64,000 bases of DNA from Paecilomyces variotii (lineage: Eukaryota), in NCBI GenBank assembly GCA_004022145.1, contig RCNU01000002.1; one strand, written 5' to 3'. The notes under the pieces are model-generated. The model ran no database searches and was not told the DNA's origin. It saw only the letters and a list, made by a program, of their open reading frames with translations. This document shows positions 1 through 12,862 of the stretch, one piece after another (the first letter of the stretch is position 1; the number at the start of each line of letters is the position of its first letter). A program made the translations under genes and the position numbers.

Positions 1-3000
1 TCAAAAACACATACCAGCGATGCAGAACCTTCGGGGTACTGCAAGAGGATCTTGCGAGAAGGTCAAGGGCTTCCTTGCCTTCTTTCTCACCACAAAGATC
101 ATTCTTAACGGAGCGTTGGAAGAACAGACAAACGGGTTCCAGGTGGCTTCCATCTTTCCTCTGCCGTCTTAATGGACGGTAGTAGGCGGATGATCGACGC
201 TTGGTTCCCGTACGAGGAATGAAGGCATCGCTTTTAGAGCCTTTCCATTTGGACTGGCTTTGCGGCTTCTGTCGGTGGAAGCGGTGCAAGAGAACATCTC
301 GGACATTTCGTCAACATTTTCGGGTCTTTTTACTTGCATAGTTAGGACCTTGTGTAATATCATCCAGAATATCATCTTGTTTGCTCGTCTCGGTAGTACA
401 GTACATTGATCTACACGCCTGTGGTAGTGCATTGATTCCTTCCGGGCTGCGGGCTGCAGCAGTTCTCTTTCGCCTCATCTTCAGAACATAGCCACGAGGA
501 CGTAGTCTACAAATGTTCAAGCAGGTATCCATCTCCAAGGCAGGGGACATTGTATCTCGTCTCACCGCTCGATTGAGAATTTGTCGTGTGCTCCGGAATT
601 GACTTTGACTATTATTATTGCATATGTATGCCTCGATACTATCCGTCCTTACCGACACTTCATGCACGAGTCAGCACGACAAACAGGTCAAGAATTTGTC
701 ATGGTTGTATCGACTGAGTCGGGACTCGATTCGTTTGTGTGGAAAGAAGAGAAACCCGCAATTCCCCGAGATGCGAACAGAGTTTCCCTTGGAGACGAAA
801 GTTGTTAGCTTCTTCTCGGTTTGTTGAGCCGCAAGGGATAGATTGGCGTCTCGGAGAAATGACGGCGCTGCACGATCAATAAAGCCGACTCCATTCATAG
901 CAATCGTGATCTCGCTGATTTCTAGAGCATTCGGGCCTTGCCTCAGGACGGATTGGATTGATTGGAAGACTGACCATTCCATAAGAGCAAGTTGCAGGAA
1001 ATCAGTCACATAGTACTATATCTACGTAGATCATCTCAAGTCGGACTGTGCTTGGACATCATGGTCGAAAAACAGACACTTCTTCCCTTTTTCAGCTGGT
1101 GGGCCAACGCCAATTGGATCGACGAAGCCATGATTCCTCTCGAACAGAAAAGCACATTGACACTGGACCCCTTGGCGATGTGGAGGGCCGGCGTCGGATT
1201 TGTTCTCGATAGTATGGCCTCGGCGTCGCTTATTCCTTGCAAACTATCGTGGAATAGTGCCGTGCCTGTCCAACTATGGTAGACGATCCCCAAAAAAAGA
1301 GAAGCTCATGGCAGTTATTTCCCCTGATTAACTTATCTTTAGAGGGTCAATCGGTCTAATCTACTACTGACGGGCTTTCTTTCGCAACCAATTTTGATCC
1401 GCACTGCGGTTCGACTGATCCGGCTGTAGATAATGCTAGACGGACAATCGAGGACCCTGAAAGCTGGACCAGCACGTTGTGGCCGATCTCTCGTTCTTCT
1501 CCGATTGTGCCTGTTGAGATTCGGCCTGGAAGTCTGCTTCCTTTCTGGCCACATGGACAATCGGCTCGGGAGATCCTATGCTGTACTCTCCCGTCCACGT
1601 TTTCTCATTTTTGTTCTCTGTGATCTCGTTTTCGCTTCGTGATATCACTGTGTCGCTCCCATTCCCTACACGGAACACTGATCGACGTTTCGGTGCCACG
1701 AAGCTCGGGAATAGTAGCAAAGCTGTCGATTGCCGAATCTGATTGTTTTCTCCTAAGCCGAGACGGGTGTTCTCGATTTTGAGCACGACTAGTTAATTGT
1801 GACTGACGTCCCAACAATGGAACGTGAAGACTGAAACTAACTTAGCTACTATCTATTGTTATTATTACACTGCCGCTATCCAACGCCGTTGCGATTCCCA
1901 CCGGACTGGATTACAGACAGACGTTTGCTTTCGGGCCTCATCTTCAGGACAACATGCAGACTTCCGCCCAAGGAATTCTAGAATACTCAGCTCGGAATAA
2001 GAATCATATACAAATTAGCTGCTTGTGTGCAGACGGCGACGCACTCAGTCGTACACGGGCCACTATGAAGTCTCCTTCGAGGAGATGATGGGGCCTATCT
2101 AGTGTGAGATCTCGAATTTCAGCCTCCACCCAGCCCAAGGTCGATCTTCTTGGATGCGGGAATCAGGCCCAAGCTTGAAATGACAGGCGATGGCCCAGAG
2201 TGACGGGCGGGATCTTCCATATAGACGCATCCAGTGGTCGGACAAGATGATGATAACCCGGCCGAACATCAAACCCTAGCGGCTTTTCTCGGGAGCGACC
2301 CGGAATGGGGAGGTCTTGGAGACTTTTGAATCATTATTGAGAACGGTCATTAAGCTCTGCCATCTAACTATCTATGTTGATGTGCTTGAAATAGATCCCT
2401 GGATGGAACGGGTGACAAGGATCCTTGTCCCTGCTTAGGGCAGCTCCAAGAGCCGGAGTGTCGGGGCTTAAGCCTAGCAGCGTTGGAAAAAGAAATGAAC
2501 TGCAGCCGTCCCCAAATGACTATATCAATAGCCCCTTGGTTCACTAACCTGGTTGTCGGGACGGCGGACGCCCCGTAGAAAAACCCCGTCCGGTATATGA
2601 TCTACCTGTGGCTGATCGAGAATACGTCTGCCGCAGCCAGTTATCCTCGATAGCTTGCAGTACCACTGGGAGCGCGCCCCTGTCTTACCTCGAGCACTGC
2701 AGGGAACCCCCGGAAGAGTTGTCACAATCGACCGCACTAGGGCTGCTGATAGTCCTTTGATCACGGCGACATCTCCCGCGCGGTGACATCTTGGGTCTCG
2801 TGCGGTATTCCGTGGCCTTCTACATGGTCCTGTTTCAAGTTGTGGACTCGTTCAGATTGACCATTTATCAACTAGTGACTGCTTCCTCAAATTCGGGCAG
2901 CCTCGCTTTTCAGTTGCTGTGAAACCGGGAAGAAAGGAATAATATGGACGTGCCCTGGATCAGCAGTATCACCTAGTTTCCACCCAGGTTTTTTCTAAAT

Positions 3001-4449
3001 ATTGACTTAGATACATAGAACGTTCCTGGTGGACTCCTCGGCACCGAGTTAGCGGAACCCAGGCTAGACTTCTCATTCAAACTCTGCAGTCGAAGCTTTT
3101 AGTTAGAACAGTTTAGTGACTGCAGGCTCACCCAATCGGCAGTGCACCGCAGCATAGTTGACCAGCGAAAAACAAAAGGGCGTAGACGCCAACCGCGCAA
3201 CCTCCTGGGACCAAACTGCTCTAGTCCGTACATCACATCTTCGGGACGGCATCCGCGAAAGAACCTTGGGTTCCTGGGTGGGCGTTTGGTGACGTCTGGA
3301 CCTGTGAAATGGGGTTCTTCGCTTTTACTCGGATCTCCTGTCAACTATGATCCAAACGATTCCACCCCCCTTTCGGAGACCTCCATGCTTTCCGCGGCCC
3401 GAACAAGTGAACTTCTGAAGTTTAGAACCGCCCAGAGCGCCGCGCAGCTGGATCCTCCTTCAAATGTTGGAAACCAGATCGGGGTCGCTTGCATCTGCCC
3501 CAGAAAGGCGCAAAGCTGGGGCGCGCACAATGCAGCTGTCCATACTGTTTGTGCAAAGATGAGGAATGCCCCCTCCCCAATCATCCTCTCTTCTGACCCA
3601 GATCCGCCTTGTCCCTTGCTACACCAGAGATCACTATCTGGTTCCATCCGAGTACACATGTCGGTTGTGATCCACACGGGAAGGGACGGCCTCCACTGAG
3701 CCACGGTTCAACCTCTTGTGCAATCCTGTCGATGTGCGGTGAGTAAACCCATCTTTGACCCGGTTACTTGCGTCTGACTTCATTCGGGATGAACCTTTTA
3801 AGAGGAGCTGTATGTCCACATGGAAGAATATCTCTCTGCTCCAGCACTACCAACCAACAATAATACTTTGATGTTGTGCGGATCATCAGTTCTTCAGACC
3901 CCTTGGAGAAGTTCTTTGTGATTGACTAGCATATCACTTTCTTTTGTTCACGAATTTGATTCGAGTGCCATTGCGAGTCGTCGCGGATATATTCTTATCA
4001 TTATCTCCAAGGTAATCTACAGTGATAAAGAATCTCGTTCGTTGAACTCGAGTGTTTGTTTTGTCTGACCCTTTTTTACGGCAGCAATTTCTTTCATTGT
4101 TCGCGGATTCGATACATTCATCTGCTATATCTGTCCGCTCAGATTCCTCCTCCTTTCTCTGTTTCTTTTCCGACCTCCAATCTATTCAGTCTATTCAGAT
4201 TTCTGCGCCTGCTGTCTTGCGTCTGCAGGCAACAGCTAAGCCTGCGTTAGCAGTAATTGGTCCCATCTCTCTGGAGACTCCGCCTGATCACCAATATACA
4301 GCGCTAGCCCACGCCCCTAGATTGATCGACAGAGTTCTGATATAGAGTCTCAAACGCGCGCCAATAGTGGCCCCCAAGGAGTGGATTCATTGGACAGACC
4401 GATTCAACTCTAAGGTAGAGAAAAACAAAACAGAGATCAATCGCCCGCC

Positions 4450-4617
4450 ATGGCAAACCACTGCTCCGGACACATCTTCGCAATCGTGCAGGCAACAAAC
4501 GGAAACATCCTGACCTGGCGATGCTCTGATTGCAACTCCGGACCCTTCGTGGCAATATGGCGTTGCAAGCTCTGCGGTCATAACCGCTGCAATGCTTGCT
4601 ACACCGCTAAAGCTTAG
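4450..4617 (+). CDS. 55-aa Cys-rich microprotein, zinc-finger-like (missed by the ORF track)
   Basis: Manual translation MANHCSGHIFAIVQATNGNILTWRCSDCNSGPFVAIWRCKLCGHNRCNACYTAKA*. Three CxxC pairs, two preceded by W-R. ATG in optimal Kozak context (CCGCCATGG). No other ATG in the ~575 nt upstream. Confidence 0.7.
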   Translation: MANHCSGHIFAIVQATNGNILTWRCSDCNSGPFVAIWRCKLCGHNRCNACYTAKA

Positions 4618-6261
4618 CTTGATGGAGTGTAGCCTTTCCTGTAAGTGCAATCCTGCCTTTCTTGGCCTGTGCGAGTCCCCGCAGCATGGCTCAATTAGTG
4701 TTATGCATACCAGCCGCGATACCACGAGGTACGCTGAGGTTGATGAAGATGGCTAATCAAGGTCTCAGAATAGATTGTTCTGGTGCAGCATCTGGATTGG
4801 CCGCTCGCCGAACGATGTATCTTTTCGCTGCAAGGTATCGGCGTGTACCTGCAGCAGATCGCGCACTACGCTATTCCGACTATTCTGATATCTTATCGAC
4901 ACGCACATATAGACTTCTTTTGCCACGCACCCGCTCCTTGTTTACTGCGACACCGACTCGCCGGGCGACTGGCAGTTTAATGTTTCCAAAGAATCTCTTT
5001 GATGAATTTTACGATAGACGTGCAGCCTCGAGGTCCACCGGATTACCTGCGTTGCACAACACATGATATGGCCATGTCCGCCTTATATTCATTCTCCACC
5101 AATGATTGCTTTTACGGTCATCCACCCTGACAGTTGTACCGCATGAAAGACGTTCTCTCGACTCCTATCCGTCTACACGCTTCTCCTTCTATATGGCGCC
5201 TCGTTGAATCTCGCTGTCATTGTATCCATTGCATTGTTGGGGTGCATCAGAAACGCCGATTGTCGACACCTGATGCCTCGCAGTTGCAGTTGAACGAGCC
5301 CTGTGTACCACTCCCTGTCCCTTGGCATCATTCAATGCGGTTGCGCGGTGACGAGACAGAGTCTTTGCTCTCTGTGACTAGTTTCTGCAACAGGAAAAGT
5401 TGTCCCGGTTCCCCTTTCGTGGGACTTCTTGTCTTACCTTCGACTTTTTACGATATTCATTGTCTTGATTTGGCATCCTCGTGATCTCTAGGCGATTTTT
5501 GTCTGTCCATCAAAGGTGGGGTATTTATGTGGGTGCACTACCATGGAGCGGTTACATTCATGTGTTCTTCGATTTCGGCGTTACTATTCTATCTAATCTC
5601 TGCGTTAAGCGTGTCGATATTTTTGCTGCGCTGGATCATATTTTCGGGGTTCCGGTTTTCGGTTTCTTTCTCTTCTTTTTCAAACTCGGCTTCAAAGCTA
5701 CATGGGCAGGAAGCATGTGCTGGTGGGGAGTTCACCAGCCACGTCTGTTTCGGGTTACATTTGGTTATCTTCCGGGCGTTCATCTTCTGCACAGGACCAG
5801 TTCGCGATAGTCTCGGGGGGCGTTTGTTCCCCCAAAAGTACTGTACGAAGGCGCACTAGACAATGACAATAGAACTATTGCTCGACGAAAACTGGCTGTA
5901 TTCTTCTGTTTTACTGTACAAGAGTGAGGCTAAGCAAGTCATGGAAGTCTAGAAAGCCAGATTCTCTTCGTTGGTTGTTGGCTCTTTGATGCCCGAAGTG
6001 ATACTACATATTGATGGGAGCGGTAATGTGCAGCCACGGCCACGAGGTCCTCTGCAGGCTAGCAATCCAAAGTGATCAGATCCAATGGCCCTAAATATCA
6101 TTTCAGGGAAGAACCACGAGGGTAATAATAATAGTCAACACTACATCCACCATAGCCTATAACTATATCGACTCGCAACCCTGAACCTAAGCCCTAAGCC
6201 CTGACGCAGTTCCCGTTCGGGATGTTATAAAGAAGTGGCCCGTGCGTTCATCTGGCGCGCG

Positions 6262-6295
6262 ACGCGTTTGCGGAAACCAAGAGAGACCGACGCGT
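6262..6295. promoter_or_regulatory. Two MCB (MluI cell-cycle box, ACGCGT) elements upstream of sepB/CTF4
   Basis: ACGCGT at 6262-6267 and 6290-6295, about 180-210 nt before the ATG of a replisome gene; consistent with MBF-type G1/S control. Confidence 0.55.
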
Positions 6296-6474
6296 TCCAC
6301 CGCTGCGGAGATGCGAAGAGGGAGGTTGTTCTGGTTACCGGAAGTGTTGTTGAAAGACTACGACCTCTGCGATCTGGAGTCGATTCGTGGTTCGAGACAC
6401 TAATCGATTTTCCAGCCCACGCAATCAACTCATTCCTTTTTCTTCTCTTTCTTTGAACTGCTTCTGTCATCATC

Positions 6475-9439
6475 ATGAGTTCAGAAGCGGTTCGGCCTAG
6501 GGGCAGACCAGCCCGTGAGTTTCCCTACGTGATCATTGCTTGCTTTTCAGAAGGGAGGTTATGAGGATGACTTGGATTTTGCTGATGTGCTTTTTGCATT
6601 TCAATTGCAGATACGCCTGGAACGACAATTCTCACATACACACCGGATGGAAAACGGGTGATAACCGCTGGATCGAACTCTGCCATCCGAATCTATACCG
6701 TTGGGCAGGATGGAGAGCCAACAACAGTGGATGAAGGTGTGGAAGGGCATTTTGGAATTGCAGCTACTGTATGCATGCATATCTTTCTCTCTAATCCTAG
6801 CAACCAAACCATTGGAGAAACGCGATGCTTATACATATTTGCAAATTAGAATGACACGTTCGTCATGGGTGCGGAGGATGGGACAGTATGGCAGTATGAG
6901 CTGCAGTCAGGGAAAATGGAAAAGCTCCTGGTGCGATGCGCGCTTCCGATTAGAGATCTTGATATCTCAAGAGATGGTGAATGGGTTGCTGTCGCGAGCG
7001 AGTAAGCCGATCGATAGTGTTTTTTTTCCTGCTGTTTTTAAGATATGGGAAACTGATATGCAGTATAGCGAATTGACGGTTAAGATTGTCAATGTGGAGG
7101 ATATGACAAAGGTGAAATATTTGCGCGATCAGAGCAAGGGCTCGAAACATGTCTCTTTCGATCCTAGTGGACGCTATATCGCCGTCTCCTGCACGGATGG
7201 ATTACTCTACGTATATTCGCTAGCTTCAGAGGAGCCGGAGTTGGTGCGAAAACTGGATGGCGTGATTCGAAGACTTGAAGCAGAGGAAGAAGCTACTTCG
7301 AGCGCTGTTTGGCATCCTGATGGGACGGCTTTCGCGACGGCCCAAGCGACTAGGGATATTCTGGTTTTCTCGACGATCGAGTGGGACAAGCAGAAGACCT
7401 TTTCTGGGGGTCATAATGGCGAGGTGACGGCCCTGAGCTGGTCTCCGAATGGCGCCCTGCTGGCAACTGCGGGTGCAGATGGCCAGATTCTGCTTTGGGA
7501 AACGAAGACACAGAACATCCTACGACGTTACGACTTCGCCAATGTCATCAACCTAGCCTGGCACCCTACGGATAACTGCCTCTCTTTCACTACCTCCGAT
7601 GGTGAGCTGTTTATTCACGATGATTTTGTGCCTCGTGAGTACACGCCGCTCTTGGAGAAGCCTCTTCAATCTGCTCCTCTCATCTCCGCGCCTCTTGCCG
7701 AGACCTCCGGTAATGTCAGACGGCCAGTACCAAGCAGGCCGAAGGAAGGATTGGAGAATAGAGGGAGAGGGGGTACACCGGACTCTTTGGATGATATTCT
7801 TGGTCCTATGGATGAGGATGACGATTTCATTGAAGACGACGACGGGGCTGGGTATGCTGAGGGCATTAATGCGTATGGCAAGCGGACGAACGGCCACTTG
7901 GATGATCTCGACGGCCACTATGACAAGAAACAGTCTACAGGATTCTGGAAGCCCAAGACACATTCGCCGCTTCAACCAGGAAGCACTCCTTGGCGTGGAA
8001 ACAGGAGATATCTTTGTAAGAGACCTCATATTTGTACCCAGCAAACACGAACTGAACTTCTCCAGGCTTGAACCTCACTGGATTCGTGTGGACTGTCGAT
8101 CAGGAGACTCACAACACAGTCACTGTCGAATTCTATGACCGTGAACTGCACCGGAACTTTCATTTTACCGACCCTTATCTATATGACAAGGCTTGCTTGA
8201 GTATGACTGCTTATCTGAATCGTGTACGCGGCCTGCTGACAAGATCTTAGACGAAAATGGCACGCTCTTCTCCAGTCCTGCCACGGACGGGAACCCGGCT
8301 ACGATCTTCTACCGCCCGCATGAGACGTGGACAACCCGGACAGATTGGCGCACCCAGCTACCGGAAGGGGAAGAGGTTAGAGGTGAGTATATGTGACCAT
8401 GTCGTATAGGATAGTTGTTGACGGTACCTAGCGTTGGCCCTGAGTGACAACTATATTGTGGCGGTCACTACAAAAGACTACGTCCGTGTATATACCCTGT
8501 TTGGTACGCCCTACAGGATCTATAGGCAAAAGAGTCCTGCTGTCACATGTGCTGCGTGGCGGGACTATGTCATGACGGTGGGCAACGGGCCTGTAGGAGC
8601 CTACGGCCACGCAACCTTGAAATACTCGGTCGAAAATGTGAAGCGAGATGAGATCCATCAGAATGAGGACGTGGTTGCCTTGCCGGAAGGAGCAGAGCTG
8701 CGGAGTGTTTTCTTTTCCGACAATGGAGTGAGTAGCCACCGGTCAGAAGTCCTGCTTGATGCATACTAATTCGTTGTAGGACCCCTGTATATACGACTCC
8801 GATGGCGTTCTGCTCATTCTCCAGCACTGGCGCATGCAGGGCCAAGCCCGTTGGGTCCCCCTCCTTGACACGAAACAGCTAGAACGTCTGGCTGGTGGGC
8901 GCAAGGAGGAGACCTACTGGCCCGTTGCGGTGGCTCAAGATAAGTTCCACTGTATCATCTTGAAGGGTGGAGAGAAGTATCCATACTTCCCGCGACCTTT
9001 GCTCAGTGAATTCGACTTCCAAATCCCCATTTCTACGGCTCCACGCAAGGATAACGAGAACGAGGAAGAGGCAGCGGCCCGTAACGACGGCTCTCGCTTC
9101 GAAGAGGCCTTTGTCAGGCAAACACTCTTCCTCACCCTCTTCCAAGACCTTCTCTCGTCTACGAATGCTACTCCTAGCCAGCGCACCGAAATGGCACGGA
9201 AGGAACTTGAAGTCGACAAGGTCCTTCTGCAGATGCTGGCTGTCGAATGCCGCGAGGGTGAAGAGCGCGGCATGAAGGCCCTCGAGCTTGTCAGTCTCAT
9301 GAAAGACCGCAGCGGTAAGATGCTCGAGGCGGCCAGTAAGGTGGCTCAGAGATACGGACGGACCGTATTGGAGGATAAGATCCGCGAGATCGCCGAGCGA
9401 CGAATCATGGGAGAGGATGAGGATGATGAACTTGCCTGA
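6475..9439 (+). CDS. sepB: Replisome hub protein SepB/Ctf4/Mcl1 (WD40 plus SepB domain), multi-exon
   Basis: Spliced N-terminus MSSEAVRPRGRPAHTPGTTILTYTPDGKRVITAGSNSAIRIY; WD40 repeats (GHNGEVTALSWSPNGALLATAGADGQILLWE); SepB-domain motifs LQPGSTPW..RRYLCLNLTGFVW, VEFYDRELHRNFHFTD, YWPVAV, YPYFPRPLL; canonical GT-AG introns. Confidence 0.95.
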
Positions 9440-11281
9440 CTTGAACCTGTCTGATGATTGTATGTACTCTATATGCGGACTTCCTTTCTTGTTTTCTGGA
9501 ACACGGGCGTCTTGGAATGCTTAGGATCGACACCAATGAACATAATGCACTATCGAACCCATCTTACATGAACCCCTTTTCACTATCGAGTCTCAGATTA
9601 CCATCCGAGATCCACTTGTTAGGCTTTGCGAGGACGCACCAGAAAGCCTCCGTGATCACAATAAATAACACTCCGATCGTTTCAGCTCAAACTTTACCCC
9701 CACGCACACGCATAGATCAACAACTACCCCATAAAGAATCCCTTGCCTTTCTCCAGATTAGACATCCTCCAAGATGCTGACTCTGCACCAGATAATAACA
9801 ATAGATAATAAGATATACTTCTAAATTACATTACTCACATGTGTACGAGTAACATACATAGTGTGTGTTATATCCACATGCATATTAGCATCAGCCAGCT
9901 ACTACTTCCCGAATCTTGCCTCTTCGTATCTGCACGATATATGCAGGACGGAAAGTAGATCTCAAGGAAAATAAACATACATGGTTAGAAAAAGGTAAAA
10001 GAATCATGTCCGATTGGATACTATAGACAGCTTTATTTGCCGAGTATTTCTGTAAGTATGGTTATATCAGCTAAAAAAGAAAACGAGAAAAACAGAAAAA
10101 AGGAAGAAAATAAAAGGGCGACTTCTGTTTCAGTTGATTCTGTTCTTTTTCTTTTTCTGTTTACTTTTTCTTTTCCTTGCTTTGCTTTTGGCGGTAGTAA
10201 CAGCGAAGTAAATGTAGTGAGAGATATTATCGGCGCTCACGGCTTCAAAGGAGGCAAGCTGCCAAACGCCACCATCACCCTATTATAAACGGTATAGAAC
10301 AAACAGCTTAAAGCCACCTATTTCCACCAATATATGATCAAAGAAGACACACCGGAATTGGGAAATGCTCAGGAATAGTAATAGAGGCAGTGCAGTGATA
10401 TACTATTCAGGATAGAGTCCTCGATAGACTTCGGTACCCTCTAGTTCTTCAAACGATCAAGCTTCTATTACCGGATTAAGTTCCATTCCAATACCTTTGT
10501 CTTCTTCAAAGTTATGACTAGAAGAGAAAACGCGATTTGCTGTATGTGCTTGCTTTATCTTATCAGATTTCTTCATGGGATCGGGAAAAAGCCGGTTCTG
10601 TGTTCGACAGACTAGAATACGAAACACATAGGGTATATAATACAGTGACTTGTGACTACTTTATTATGGTGAGAAGCTAGGATAATGAATGGTGCTTGTA
10701 TAGGTATGGGGAAATTTGTCTGTTATTGTCTCCGGAGAGCGTTTCCAGTTCGTTTTCTACTGTGTATACATCGATTAGAGAAATAGGTGGTGAGTGGTAG
10801 GTTGAGATGTTGAGATTAGTTCATGTTTATTCTATTGCTGGTAAAACTATCATTGGGTTATTATCCTGCTGCTAGCTGATTGTAATGACTTTCTATAGTT
10901 CGAGATAACGTTGATACGGAATTGGATTCCGGTGTCAGACATGCAACCTGCTCGGTTGTGACGATCAGTATTGAAAGAACAACATATCTCTGCCATCCGG
11001 GGACAAAATAAACCACAATAAAAGACATACTGACGGGTTAATGGCTGAAAAAAGTCCGTATGTTCGGAATGAATCGGTGGTTTCGATGGGGGCGGCTTGG
11101 CTCGGCGAACAAAACGTCATGAGAACTTCTAGGTACGGCGACATCTCCAGCTTCTACTTTTTTCTCCGCAAGCTTCTAGAACTCCGCTACTCCCAAAGGC
11201 TTCATCTATGCATCTATCGCGCTCCATCACCGTCCCTTGCGGCTCTGCGTTGGTCTGTAAGCATCATAGACCTTTCTCGTG

Positions 11282-12348
11282 ATGCCGAAACTTCGAGTCT
11301 GTCACTCTACTACGCCGCCTATCCAATGCGTCCTCCGTCTTTCTCCGCGTTCATCGCGTCCAGCGCGGTCCTCTCATCGTCTTCGTCCTCGAACCTACGT
11401 CTCAAACGCATCCCAGAATCTAGCACAGTGGCGCATCGGACCCCATGAGGAGCTATGGTTCACTCCGTCTTCACCACAGCTCTTCTCGCCAACCGGCGCT
11501 GGCGCATTCGATAGTCCAAATGGAGATGCGAATGGTGGCCACCGGCCCCCAGATGAACGGATAATCAAGCTTGGAAAGAGTAAGTGATGAGACTGTTCAA
11601 CTCGTCCCACCCGTGAGCACATCATATTGGTTTCCAAGATGCTGACCTCAACCAATTGCTAGCTCTACGGATTCTTTCCCCGCTACTACCGACAATGCTT
11701 GTAAACCCTCTTCCACCAGAGATCCTCTCCCCGCATGTCACCCTCCATCTTTTCCCGTCGACACACCCACATCTGCCAACAGTCAGGGGTCGAGTACTAT
11801 ATCGTGCAGCCTTGTGGACGGTACCGGTTGCCTGGAGTAGCGTACCGCTGGTCGGAAACGTCAAGCTGCAGATTCTAAGCGAGCGGATGGTTCGCGCAGG
11901 AACAGTGATCGATTCTCGGCCAAGCGGCGAAAACGACTGTGGCGATGAGCGGCTTGTTGTACGCTGGAGAACGGAGGCGAGAAATGAACATAATGAGCCA
12001 GTCAACTCTGCGCATCAGAGTAGTCGTCAGGCAGCCTCTACAGACGGGACAAACAAGGGTCTCAGCGTCCTCCTTGGAGGCGAAGCGCCCATATTCAAAT
12101 TGTCCAAGGAAGAGCAATTCACCGGACTCTTCATCTTCTCTTTTGATGAGGAAGGTCGAATCTCCAGCCATACCATCGAACATGCGGATGATGCTGATGG
12201 ATGGGATCGCACCGCGAAATTCGTCACGTTGACAGACTGGCTGCTTGGGAAAGCACGAGGTTCTATGGATCCGTCCGCAGGCCCTGGGTTGGCTATACAT
12301 GGTTGCAATAGTCTGGACTCTCTTCGTTCAGGACGGACGCACGCTTGA
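11282..12348 (+). CDS. Probable mitochondrial protein, Mug163/MMU163-like family; one intron (~11580-11662)
   Basis: Arg/Ser-rich N-terminus resembling a presequence; spliced PPDERIIKLGK-TLRILSPLLP..ILSPHVTLHLFPSTHPHLPTVRGRVLYRAALWT and FTGLFIFSFDEEGRISSHTIEHAD blocks; GTAAGT donor, CTGAC branch, TAG acceptor. Confidence 0.75.
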
Positions 12349-12862
12349 ATACTACGCACAACTGAACGTGGTCAACGCGGCGGTAGATGGCCTTGCCATT
12401 CAACTAAGGCTTAGAAGTCACTCCATCTTCCGGAGGAAGCCGCCAGTTCTATCATTTCCACGATGTGGACGGACGCGCTCTTTTCAACGCATACTAATCC
12501 GTATCCCTCATTCGTGGCGTGTTTCCGCTGTGCCAGACGACCATATTACTTTATCTCTCCTGTATGATATCCTGTGGATGTCTGATCTCGGTGCTCTGGA
12601 GCATTTGTATTGGCGGGTTCCTGCATATCATGATATCTGCATTGTAAGAATAGGCGTAGGCGTTCTTTTCGTGGTTCACTATCTATGTTATGAATATGCT
12701 CCGACTCCCATGTATCGCAATCTGATCTCTACTCTGAATATACCCACTATTCCATATCTTATCTTACTGCAATGTATTCTATGCTTTAAAATGATCCGAG
12801 GTTGACACTTATCGATCAAGTAGATTCTTTGAGCGTCTCTCTACAAAATGTAGATCTCACCA

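Noticed and set aside
169-1817. Chain of minus-strand ORFs of 70-118 aa
   Set aside because: No family motif recognised and no consistent splice model could be built; not called as a gene.
3142-3704. 185-aa plus-strand and 119-aa minus-strand ORFs
   Set aside because: Non-ATG starts and no domain-like features; probably chance ORFs.
10075-10180. A-rich then T-rich imperfect inverted repeat resembling a hairpin or MITE
   Set aside because: Low complexity; only about 11 bp of perfect pairing and no target-site duplication.
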